Shown: one piece after another, positions 26,379-32,823 of the stretch | Layout of the letters: each line of letters starts with the position of its first letter | How positions within the stretch are numbered: position 1 is the first letter of the stretch | Source of the DNA: Burkholderiaceae bacterium | GTDB lineage: Bacteria > Pseudomonadota > Gammaproteobacteria > Burkholderiales > Burkholderiaceae_F | Length of the DNA: 44,497 bases | Direction of reading: 5' to 3' | NCBI GenBank assembly: GCA_035574095.1 | Contig: DATLZG010000062.1 | Location: forward strand, 1 to 44,497 | Notes under the pieces: model-generated | Told to the model about the DNA's origin: nothing | What the model saw: only the letters and a program-made list of their open reading frames with translations | Database searches by the model: none | Position numbers and translations under genes: made by a program

Positions 26379-26878
26379 ATCTGCTCGGCGGTGGGTGGGC
26401 CGTGACACTGACCGATGGGAAGCTGTCCGCGCACTTCGACCTCGAGGAGTTTCTCGTCTCGGAGATCGCCGCGCGCCGCGGCATCGACAACACGCCGACG
26501 CCCGAGATCGTCGAGAACTTGAAGCGCCTGGCGCTCGCGCTCGAAGACGTGCGCATGCTGCTGGGGCACCCGATCTATATCACGAGCGGCTACCGTTGCC
26601 CCGCGCTCAACGTGGCCGTCGGCGGGAGCGCGACGTCGGCGCACCCGTACGGGCTCGCGGCCGATTTCATTTGCCCGGGCTTCGGCGCGCCGCTCGATAT
26701 CTGTACCGCGATCGCGGCCGCCGGCATCGTTTTCGACCAACTCATCCACGAGTTCGGACGGTGGGTGCATTTCGGCCTTGCCATCGGCGCTGCCGAGCCG
26801 CGCCGCCAAGTGCTGACCGCACGCTTCGCCGACGGTAGCACGCTGTACGAACCCGGTCTGCTTAAGGTGGCCGCATGA
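26375..26878 (+). CDS. endolysin, peptidase M15A (L-alanyl-D-glutamate / D-Ala-D-Ala peptidase family)
   Basis: ITSGYRCPALNVAVGGSATSAHPYGLAADF is the classic M15 SxHxxGxAxD region. GTGA overlap with the upstream gene; GTG 26402 is an alternative start. Confidence 0.8.
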   Translation: MNLLGGGWAVTLTDGKLSAHFDLEEFLVSEIAARRGIDNTPTPEIVENLKRLALALEDVRMLLGHPIYITSGYRCPALNVAVGGSATSAHPYGLAADFICPGFGAPLDICTAIAAAGIVFDQLIHEFGRWVHFGLAIGAAEPRRQVLTARFADGSTLYEPGLLKVAA

Positions 26879-27204
26879 TCCAACTCATCCTCATCTGGAC
26901 CGTCGGGTTGTGGTTTCTGTACCGCATCGTGATGTGGCTCAAAAAGCGCCGCGACGCGATCAAGGCCCGTGGCCGGAGCTGGTACTGGGCCGCCTATCTC
27001 GTGGCCTTCGTCGGGGTCGTGCTCGACATCGTCTACAACGTCGTCGTCGGGACCGTCATGTTTGCCGATCTACCGCGCGAACTCACCTTCACCGCGCGGC
27101 TCAAGCGCTACCGGCGCGGCCCGCTGATCTGGCGCTGGCGTTTGGCGACGTGGTTTTGCGCGCGGCTGCTCAATCCCTACGACCCGAGCGGGGATCACTG
27201 CTGA
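26875..27204 (+). CDS. membrane protein (109 aa, 2 TM)
   Basis: Hydrophobic segments LILIWTVGLWFLYRIVMWL and WAAYLVAFVGVVLDIVYNVVVGTVMF. ATGA overlaps at both ends. Confidence 0.55.
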   Translation: MIQLILIWTVGLWFLYRIVMWLKKRRDAIKARGRSWYWAAYLVAFVGVVLDIVYNVVVGTVMFADLPRELTFTARLKRYRRGPLIWRWRLATWFCARLLNPYDPSGDHC

Positions 27205-27752
27205 TGGGCTGGACCGACACCATTCGAGCCGCCGCCCCCCTGCTCGGAACGCTCCTCGGCGGGCCGCTCGTGGGCACGGCGGTGCGGGTGCTCGGCGACA
27301 CGCTGCTCGGCAAACCGGACGCGACAGAGGCCGAGATCGAGCAGGTCGTCGCCGCCGGCCTGACACCGGAGCAGCTCGCGGCCCTCAAGCAGGCCGACGT
27401 GCGCCTCAAAGAGATCGGCCTCGAGGAGTTCCGGGTGGCCGCCGCCGATACCGCGCACGCGCGCGACGCGCACAAAGGCGACCGCGGCGTGTACTGGCTC
27501 GGAATCGCGGTGCTCGTCACATTCGCCGCCGTCATGACGGCGGCGATGTACGGGTCCTACCAAATTCTAGTTGGCGGGCTGCAAATCAAAGACGCCGGCG
27601 TCATCGCCGCCGTGTTCGGGTTTCTCGGCACCGTCGTCGGCTACGTCGCCGCGAACGCGCAACAGGTCGTGGCGTATTTCTTCGGGTCAAGCCGTGGCTC
27701 CAAGGAGAAAACCGACGCTATGGCCCAAGCCTTTACCAATCTGAGGAGGTGA
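27204..27752 (+). CDS. holin, GTA_holin_3TM-like (182 aa)
   Basis: Internal ATG of track ORF 26910..27752. Gly-rich N-terminus, charged middle and C-terminal TM segments resemble the PF11351 architecture, from memory. Confidence 0.55.
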   Translation: MGWTDTIRAAAPLLGTLLGGPLVGTAVRVLGDTLLGKPDATEAEIEQVVAAGLTPEQLAALKQADVRLKEIGLEEFRVAAADTAHARDAHKGDRGVYWLGIAVLVTFAAVMTAAMYGSYQILVGGLQIKDAGVIAAVFGFLGTVVGYVAANAQQVVAYFFGSSRGSKEKTDAMAQAFTNLRR

Positions 27753-27795
27753 CCGTGCCATGACCCAAGCGTTTGTTAATCTGAGGAGGTAACCG
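27720..27795 (+). repeat. Imperfect 36-nt direct duplication (period 40) of gene end plus RBS
   Basis: ATGGCCCAAGCCTTTACCAATCTGAGGAGGTGACCG versus ATGACCCAAGCGTTTGTTAATCTGAGGAGGTAACCG (30/36 identical). Confidence 0.9.
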
Positions 27796-28173
27796 ATGGC
27801 CGTTCGTAACTACGCGAAAACCGGCGTTCCACTCGGCGACGGCCGGTACGAGGTCGCGATCGTCACCTGGTCGGGACTGATCGCCACGCCCGAGCTCGAT
27901 ACCGGGCAACCGTTCGAGGCGCCGCACTTCGCCGATCGCAGCGTGCAGATCCTGGGTGTGCTCGGCGTGGGCGGCAATGTGGTGATCGAAGGATCGAACG
28001 ACGGCGTGAACTACGCGACGCTCACCGATCCGCAAGGCAACCCGCTCACGTTCAACGCCATCAACCGCCTCGAAGCCGTGACCGAGCTGACCCGGCATAT
28101 CCGCCCACGCGTCACCGCCGGCGACGGGTCGACCAGTTTCACCGTTGTCATGCTCGTGAGGTTGTCGCCATGA
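27796..28173 (+). CDS. hypothetical protein (125 aa)
   Basis: GAGGAGG RBS. First gene of a coupled eight-gene operon. Confidence 0.6.
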   Translation: MAVRNYAKTGVPLGDGRYEVAIVTWSGLIATPELDTGQPFEAPHFADRSVQILGVLGVGGNVVIEGSNDGVNYATLTDPQGNPLTFNAINRLEAVTELTRHIRPRVTAGDGSTSFTVVMLVRLSP

Positions 28174-28652
28174 GGCACATCGAGAATATCGGACTGCTCC
28201 GCAAGATGCGGCAAGAACTCGCCGCCGTCGATTCGCTGCTGACCGTGGTCGAGGAACTCGGCAACCTCGACCAGGCGCTGGCGGAGGCCAAGGCCTGCAT
28301 CACCAAAGCGCGCGATGAGGAGGCGGCGCTGCGCACGGCGGTGCAGGAGGCCACCGTCGAGCTCAACGACGTGCGCCGCGCCACCGAAGCGGCGCGCATC
28401 GCGTGCCGCGAGCTCGCCGCCAAGGCGGAGGATGAGGCACGCCAGATCCGCGCCGCCGCCGAGGCCGATGCCTCGGCCACGCGCCGCGCGGCCGAGGAAA
28501 TGCGCGCCGCCGCGCACGAAGAGGTGACACGGGCGCGCGCGGAGCTCGAGCGCGTGCAGCAAGCCATCACTGATGCTAACACCGAGCTTGCGGCCATCAA
28601 CGGACGCATCGAGAACGCCAAGGCGGCCGCCAGGGCGGCGTTTGGGGGCTGA
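28170..28652 (+). CDS. coiled-coil protein (160 aa, Ala/Glu/Arg-rich)
   Basis: ATGA overlap. Heptad-like, Ala/Glu/Arg-rich sequence. Confidence 0.6.
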   Translation: MRHIENIGLLRKMRQELAAVDSLLTVVEELGNLDQALAEAKACITKARDEEAALRTAVQEATVELNDVRRATEAARIACRELAAKAEDEARQIRAAAEADASATRRAAEEMRAAAHEEVTRARAELERVQQAITDANTELAAINGRIENAKAAARAAFGG

Positions 28653-28656
28653 CGAC

Positions 28657-29139
28657 ATGCTGCTCAAACGCCACTACCGCCGCGGGCCGGACGGCACACT
28701 GCTCGATCCGCCGCAGATCGAGGCCGTCGAGTGCAAAAATACCGGCTGGTCGCCAGCGCAGAACTTCTCCGAAGGCATCGTCGAGGTGGGGGTCACTGAA
28801 GGGTGGATGGTGATCGGTAAAGACACGATCACGCTGCGGGTGCGCCCGGAACCTCTGGTGTACACGATCCAGCGTATGCCCGGGCGTTACTGTCTGCATT
28901 GCGGGGAGAAACTCCCGGACGACGAGCGCGGGGTCTTCGCGCGTGCGCACCTGGCGCAGGCGCATCCCGAGCAGCCCTCCCCGGATCCCGCTGTGCCCGC
29001 CGGCTATGTGAAGGTCAACGCCTACGAGTGCGTGCTTGATTCCGCGCAGCACGCGAAGTACCGCGCGCGCACGATCGGAGAAGCGCGCCGGGAGGCGGCG
29101 CAATACTTCCGCGAGCATAAGGGGGCCTCCGGTGGCTGA
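28657..29139 (+). CDS. hypothetical protein with CxxC (160 aa)
   Basis: Internal ATG of track ORF 28573..29139, 5 nt after the upstream stop. Contains CLHCGEKL. Confidence 0.55.
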   Translation: MLLKRHYRRGPDGTLLDPPQIEAVECKNTGWSPAQNFSEGIVEVGVTEGWMVIGKDTITLRVRPEPLVYTIQRMPGRYCLHCGEKLPDDERGVFARAHLAQAHPEQPSPDPAVPAGYVKVNAYECVLDSAQHAKYRARTIGEARREAAQYFREHKGASGG

Positions 29140-29605
29140 TTTCGTGTTCAACATTGCGAAGGGCCGCGTCGCCGAACTGTATAACCGGGTCGATACGAAC
29201 GACCCGGCGAACTCGGCGCTGATTATCCTTATCCTTGCTACGGCCGGGATTGAGACCGACGCCGTGCTCAGAGATGTCGATACAGTCGCGGCCCTGCTCG
29301 CCGGCACGACAAACGAGGTGACCAATACGGGCTACGCGCGGCGCACGCTGACCGATGCCGATATCGTCGCGTTCGCGCCGGACGACGTTAACGACCGCGT
29401 GGACCTCGATATTCCCGACCAGACTTGGACGGCGGTGGCGGCGGGGGATGGCTGGAATGACATGGTGGTCGCCTACGATGCCGACACGACGGCCGGGACG
29501 GACGCGAACCTGGTGCCGCTGACGCAGCATGATTTTGTTGTCACGCCTGATGGCAGCGACATCACGGCTCAGATAGCCGCCGCTGGTTTTTACCGGGCTT
29601 CGTAA
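29132..29605 (+). CDS. hypothetical protein (157 aa)
   Basis: GTG 29132 lies 8 nt inside the upstream gene's end. In frame with track ORF 29036..29605. Confidence 0.55.
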   Translation: MADFVFNIAKGRVAELYNRVDTNDPANSALIILILATAGIETDAVLRDVDTVAALLAGTTNEVTNTGYARRTLTDADIVAFAPDDVNDRVDLDIPDQTWTAVAAGDGWNDMVVAYDADTTAGTDANLVPLTQHDFVVTPDGSDITAQIAAAGFYRAS

Positions 29606-29928
29606 TGGCAGCGCTATCCATCGCGGACCGGACGCGTGTTTGGCGTGCGCTGATGCGTCGCTGGTCCAATGAGCGCACGGCGTGCGCGTTCCTGCGGGCG
29701 CAGCTCTACGATCCGGCTGCCAACACCGGCGCGGTCGCGGAAACCGATGCCTGGGTCGATACCCACAGCGGCCTGACGACACCGGACACCATCGGCTACA
29801 ACGGCGCGCTGAACGTTACCATGCGGGCGGCGCTCTCGATCAATCAAAAAACGGACCTGTTCCTGGCCGTCGCCGCCATGCGCCGCGGCCCGGACTACGT
29901 GCGCAGTGTCTTTGGGGAGATCGACTAA
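29605..29928 (+). CDS. hypothetical protein (107 aa)
   Basis: TAATG overlap. Confidence 0.55.
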   Translation: MAALSIADRTRVWRALMRRWSNERTACAFLRAQLYDPAANTGAVAETDAWVDTHSGLTTPDTIGYNGALNVTMRAALSINQKTDLFLAVAAMRRGPDYVRSVFGEID

Positions 29929-30422
29929 TGGCCACGCGATGCGTTTGGAAACCCGAAGACTTCCGTCCGGCCGGAACCGATTTTCCCGACATCGTCCAGA
30001 CCGGCGCGGCCAACGACGAGGACCTGGTCGCGGCGCTCGATGCGACCACGTCGGAGGAGTTCGTCGTCGACGGTGTGGCGCCCCAGGGTCTCACCGGCGC
30101 GCTGACCCTCGTCGTGTATTACTGGATGGCATCCGCGACGACCGGCGGCGTCGCGGTCGGCGCCGCCGTGCAGGCCGTCACGCCGGGCGATGCGCTCAAC
30201 CGCAACACGACGGCGAGCTACGACACCGAGAATATCGGCACCGACACCGTGCCCGGCACCGCCGGCAACGAGGATTCGGTGTCGATCACGTTGACGACCG
30301 CCGACGGCATGGCCGCGGGCGACGACTTCAAGATCAAGGTGCGCCGCGCCGTGGAGAACGCGAGCGACACGGCGACGGGGGATCTCTACATCAGCCGCGT
30401 CGAGCTGCGAGACGCGGCGTAA
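29928..30422 (+). CDS. hypothetical protein (164 aa)
   Basis: TAATG overlap; internal start of track ORF 29682..30422. Confidence 0.55.
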   Translation: MATRCVWKPEDFRPAGTDFPDIVQTGAANDEDLVAALDATTSEEFVVDGVAPQGLTGALTLVVYYWMASATTGGVAVGAAVQAVTPGDALNRNTTASYDTENIGTDTVPGTAGNEDSVSITLTTADGMAAGDDFKIKVRRAVENASDTATGDLYISRVELRDAA

Positions 30423-31474
30423 TGGCCGCGAGGTTCGATAACACCGCGGATTTCCTGAGCCGTGCCACCGACCTGCCGAACCACAACGCGGCGTACACAT
30501 GGATGGGGCTGGTCAATCTGACGGCTAATGTCGCGTGGGATTGCTGTTTTTCGATCGGCACAAACGACACCACAAACACCAACGACGGCGCTTACGTCCG
30601 CGACAACAGCGCCAATATCGCGATCTACGTTAACGGCGCCGTCGGTACGCGAGCGGCGCTTACCTTTGGTACCGCGACGTGGCGCTGGGTGGTGGCGCGG
30701 CGAAATTCAGCGACCTCGATCATCATGCGGGTGTACGACCTCGGCGCGGCGACTTTCGCGGCTGAGGCCAGCAACACCACGGACGTCAGCGCGCGCGCGG
30801 CCGCCAATGCGATGCGCATCGGCCACCAGGTCAAGTCGAACTCCAACGACCGCATCGACGGTCGCATGGCGTACTCTAAGCTCTGGACCGTTGCGCTGAC
30901 CGACGCGCAGATCCTGAGGGAGATCCGCCGGTTCACCCCGTGGGTTAGAGAAAATCTGTACGGTGCCTGGCCGATCCTTACGGGATTAAGAACTCGGGAC
31001 TGGAGCGGTAGAGGCCGTCATTTAACTGAGAACGGCACGTTGACAGACGAACAAGGCCCGCCGGTTACGTTTCGCGGTGGCGGCTTGGTGGTGCCTTTCG
31101 TCACGGCGGCAGGCCAGACCATCCTTATCGGCCAAGTCACCGAGACCGACTTGGCGCAGCCACTGGTGCGGCGCAAGACACGTGCTATCGGCCAGGTGGT
31201 CGAGACCGACATAGCACAGGCATTAACGGCGCGCAAAACGCGAGTGCTGGGCCAAGTCACCGAGACCGACATAGCACAGGCACTGACACGGCGCAAAGCA
31301 CTGACGCTCGGCCAGGTGGTCGAGACCGACTTGGCGCAGCCGGTCCGCTGGGCACCGAAAAACCGTCTAATCGGCCAAGTGATCGAGATAGACCTGGCGC
31401 AGCCGATTACCGTCGGTGGCGTGACAGCGCCGATCAGCGAGTGGATCCTGCGCGCGCGCCGGCGCCGGCGCTGA
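30422..31474 (+). CDS. LamG/concanavalin-A-like domain protein with C-terminal 20-aa tandem repeats (350 aa)
   Basis: TAATG overlap. The pattern FDNTADFL...YTWMGLV...WRWVVARR...IIMRVY...MRIGH...DGRMAYSKLWTVALTDAQI fits Laminin_G_3. Five GQVxETDxAQ repeats follow. Confidence 0.7.
   Translation: MAARFDNTADFLSRATDLPNHNAAYTWMGLVNLTANVAWDCCFSIGTNDTTNTNDGAYVRDNSANIAIYVNGAVGTRAALTFGTATWRWVVARRNSATSIIMRVYDLGAATFAAEASNTTDVSARAAANAMRIGHQVKSNSNDRIDGRMAYSKLWTVALTDAQILREIRRFTPWVRENLYGAWPILTGLRTRDWSGRGRHLTENGTLTDEQGPPVTFRGGGLVVPFVTAAGQTILIGQVTETDLAQPLVRRKTRAIGQVVETDIAQALTARKTRVLGQVTETDIAQALTRRKALTLGQVVETDLAQPVRWAPKNRLIGQVIEIDLAQPITVGGVTAPISEWILRARRRRR
31130..31412 (+). repeat. In-frame tandem repeat, 60-bp unit, about 4.7 copies
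   Basis: GGCCA(A/G)GT..CGAGACCGAC recurs at 31130, 31190, 31250, 31310 and 31373. It encodes IGQVTETDLAQPLVRRKTRA-like units. Confidence 0.95.
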
Positions 31475-31484
31475 GGAGGGGACC

Positions 31485-31832
31485 ATGAGAATGATGACGT
31501 TCGTTGTACTTGCCACCGTCGCCGCGTCGAGCGTCGCGGCCGAGGCGGACTATACCAAGATGTGGTGTGCCGCCCAGAATGGCCGCGTTGAGGTAATGCT
31601 GGAGGACCGTACGCGCGCCGACTGCATCACGGCGACGCACGCCGTCGAGGTCGACTTCGCGCCGAAGTGGGCCGAGGCCATCGGCCAAGCGCTGCACTAT
31701 GCGCGTCTGACGGGCAAGCGGGCCGGGATCCTGCTCATCGTCGGCGCCGATGAGGCGCATCTGCTGGCGCGGCTGCGCGCGACAATCGCCGGCGCGTGCT
31801 TGCCGATCGACGTGTGGACCGTGCCGCGGTAG
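31485..31832 (+). CDS. secreted/periplasmic protein (115 aa)
   Basis: N-terminal signal-like MRMMTFVVLATVAASSVAAEA. Last gene before attP. Confidence 0.55.
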   Translation: MRMMTFVVLATVAASSVAAEADYTKMWCAAQNGRVEVMLEDRTRADCITATHAVEVDFAPKWAEAIGQALHYARLTGKRAGILLIVGADEAHLLARLRATIAGACLPIDVWTVPR

Positions 31833-31952
31833 CGCGAAAACGCGTTGCTAAGTCCTTGAACGCATTGACACGTGCCTGCACGCCCCCGACGTGGCCCAAA
31901 CTGGCGCTAAGTTGTTGGTAGGGCGTGGAAATCCTGGGTTTCGTACCGCTCA

Positions 31953-31997
31953 TTCGTAATCAGTAGGTCCGCAGTTCGAGTCTGCGCACCGGCACCA
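31953..31997 (+). other. attP core candidate: 3' 45 nt of a tRNA-Thr(CGU) gene
   Basis: Anticodon loop TTCGTAA, stem TCAGT, variable AGGTC, T-arm CGCAG-TTCGAGT-CTGCG, acceptor CACCGGC, A, CCA. No matching 5' acceptor or D-arm upstream. The integrase lies about 830 nt to the right. Confidence 0.7.
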
Positions 31998-32026
31998 AAA
32001 TCAAGAGGTTATGAGGCAACATATCC

Positions 32027-32194
32027 ATGCGCAAAAACTCCGCGAAAATTCAGCGAAAACTCATAGCAGCGATCGTGCTGATCGGAGGCGGCATTCTGCT
32101 CGCGCTGTACGCCGAGGGCGGTATCGCGGCCATCGGCGGGATTCTGATCGTGTACGGAGTCGTGCTCAGCACGGATGCTGGTCGAGGGGCTTGA
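32027..32194 (+). CDS. small two-TM membrane protein (55 aa), not in ORF track
   Basis: MRKNSAKIQRKLIAAIVLIGGGILLALYAEGGIAAIGGILIVYGVVLSTDAGRGA; GAGG about 9 nt upstream; GC3-rich. Confidence 0.5.
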   Translation: MRKNSAKIQRKLIAAIVLIGGGILLALYAEGGIAAIGGILIVYGVVLSTDAGRGA

Positions 32195-32339
32195 GTCCTT
32201 CCGGCGTGACGATCTGCGGCGGGTGATCGGGGGCGACGACGATGATGAGGTCACCGCATTTGACGAGCTCGGCGCTGAGCGGCAGTTCGGCGATGAACGT
32301 GAAGCCGGGATTGGGGTGGATCGGTTTGTCGTCTGTCAT
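32166..32339 (-). CDS. hypothetical protein (57 aa), not resolved in ORF track
   Basis: Internal ATG of track ORF 32166..32516. Very high GC3 from this ATG onward. Overlaps the convergent 55-aa ORF by 29 nt. Confidence 0.5.
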   Translation of the reverse strand: MTDDKPIHPNPGFTFIAELPLSAELVKCGDLIIVVAPDHPPQIVTPEGLKPLDQHPC

Positions 32340-32391
32340 AGCAGCTTGGTCGTGATGAATGCCGGCATGCCATGTGGAAGAACGAAGCTTT

Positions 32392-32772
32392 TCACTTGAA
32401 TATGCGATCATTAAAAGGCGTGAACTGTACCCCTCGGCTACTAGCGTGATTTTGCAAGTACCAAATGTACCGTCGCGCATCGTCGTAGGCTTGTAGTAAC
32501 TCATACCTGTCGCCAAGACTTTGCTCTATTTCATGCGCTGCATACGTCGCATAGCGGCGCACCATTTCCTGTGCAACTTCCCATATTCTGTCGTCCGCTA
32601 GTGCTGTAGGATTAATCTCTACCCGCAACGACAATTTTTCAACGCACATTCCTTTCAGCGCGTAACGCAAGGTGTCAAGCTCATTTTTCAGCGCCTTGGT
32701 TTCCTTGTCTGCGTGGACGTTCGTTCCAGTGCGAACGTTGGCTGGCCCATTTATTGTCTGAGCCGATTTCAA
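32392..32772 (-). CDS. hypothetical protein (126 aa), low-GC cargo gene downstream of int
   Basis: Track ORF with a TTG start (uncertain). AT-rich codon usage unlike its neighbours. Confidence 0.5.
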   Translation of the reverse strand: MKSAQTINGPANVRTGTNVHADKETKALKNELDTLRYALKGMCVEKLSLRVEINPTALADDRIWEVAQEMVRRYATYAAHEIEQSLGDRYELLQAYDDARRYIWYLQNHASSRGVQFTPFNDRIFK

Positions 32773-32823
32773 GCGCCGCGCTGAACGCGTCGCAGCATCT
32801 ATGGGTGATCGGCTTGTCGTTCG

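Noticed and set aside
29906-30421. 522-aa track ORF that would extend the LamG protein upstream
   Set aside because: The upstream 172 codons are an Arg/Gly-rich alternative frame of the 164-aa gene (29928..30422). The ATG at 30422 forms a TAATG junction and begins the recognisable LamG domain.
31130-31412. A CRISPR-like or toxI-like non-coding repeat array
   Set aside because: The 60-bp units are contiguous with no spacers. They are in frame within a GC3-biased ORF and encode a sensible 20-aa peptide repeat.
23214-31474. A diversity-generating retroelement (VR/TR pair with reverse transcriptase), considered because some head-gene features reminded me of BPP-1-like phages
   Set aside because: No reverse-transcriptase-like ORF (YxDD motif) exists anywhere in the window. 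I found no second copy of a fibre or LamG 3' segment that could serve as a template repeat.
31921-31997. A possible complete tRNA gene
   Set aside because: The 3' half is a perfect tRNA-Thr(CGU) half. However, the 7 nt at the expected 5' end (GGGCGTG) cannot pair with the acceptor strand CACCGGC, and no D-arm can be formed. I interpret it as an att core rather than a functional tRNA.
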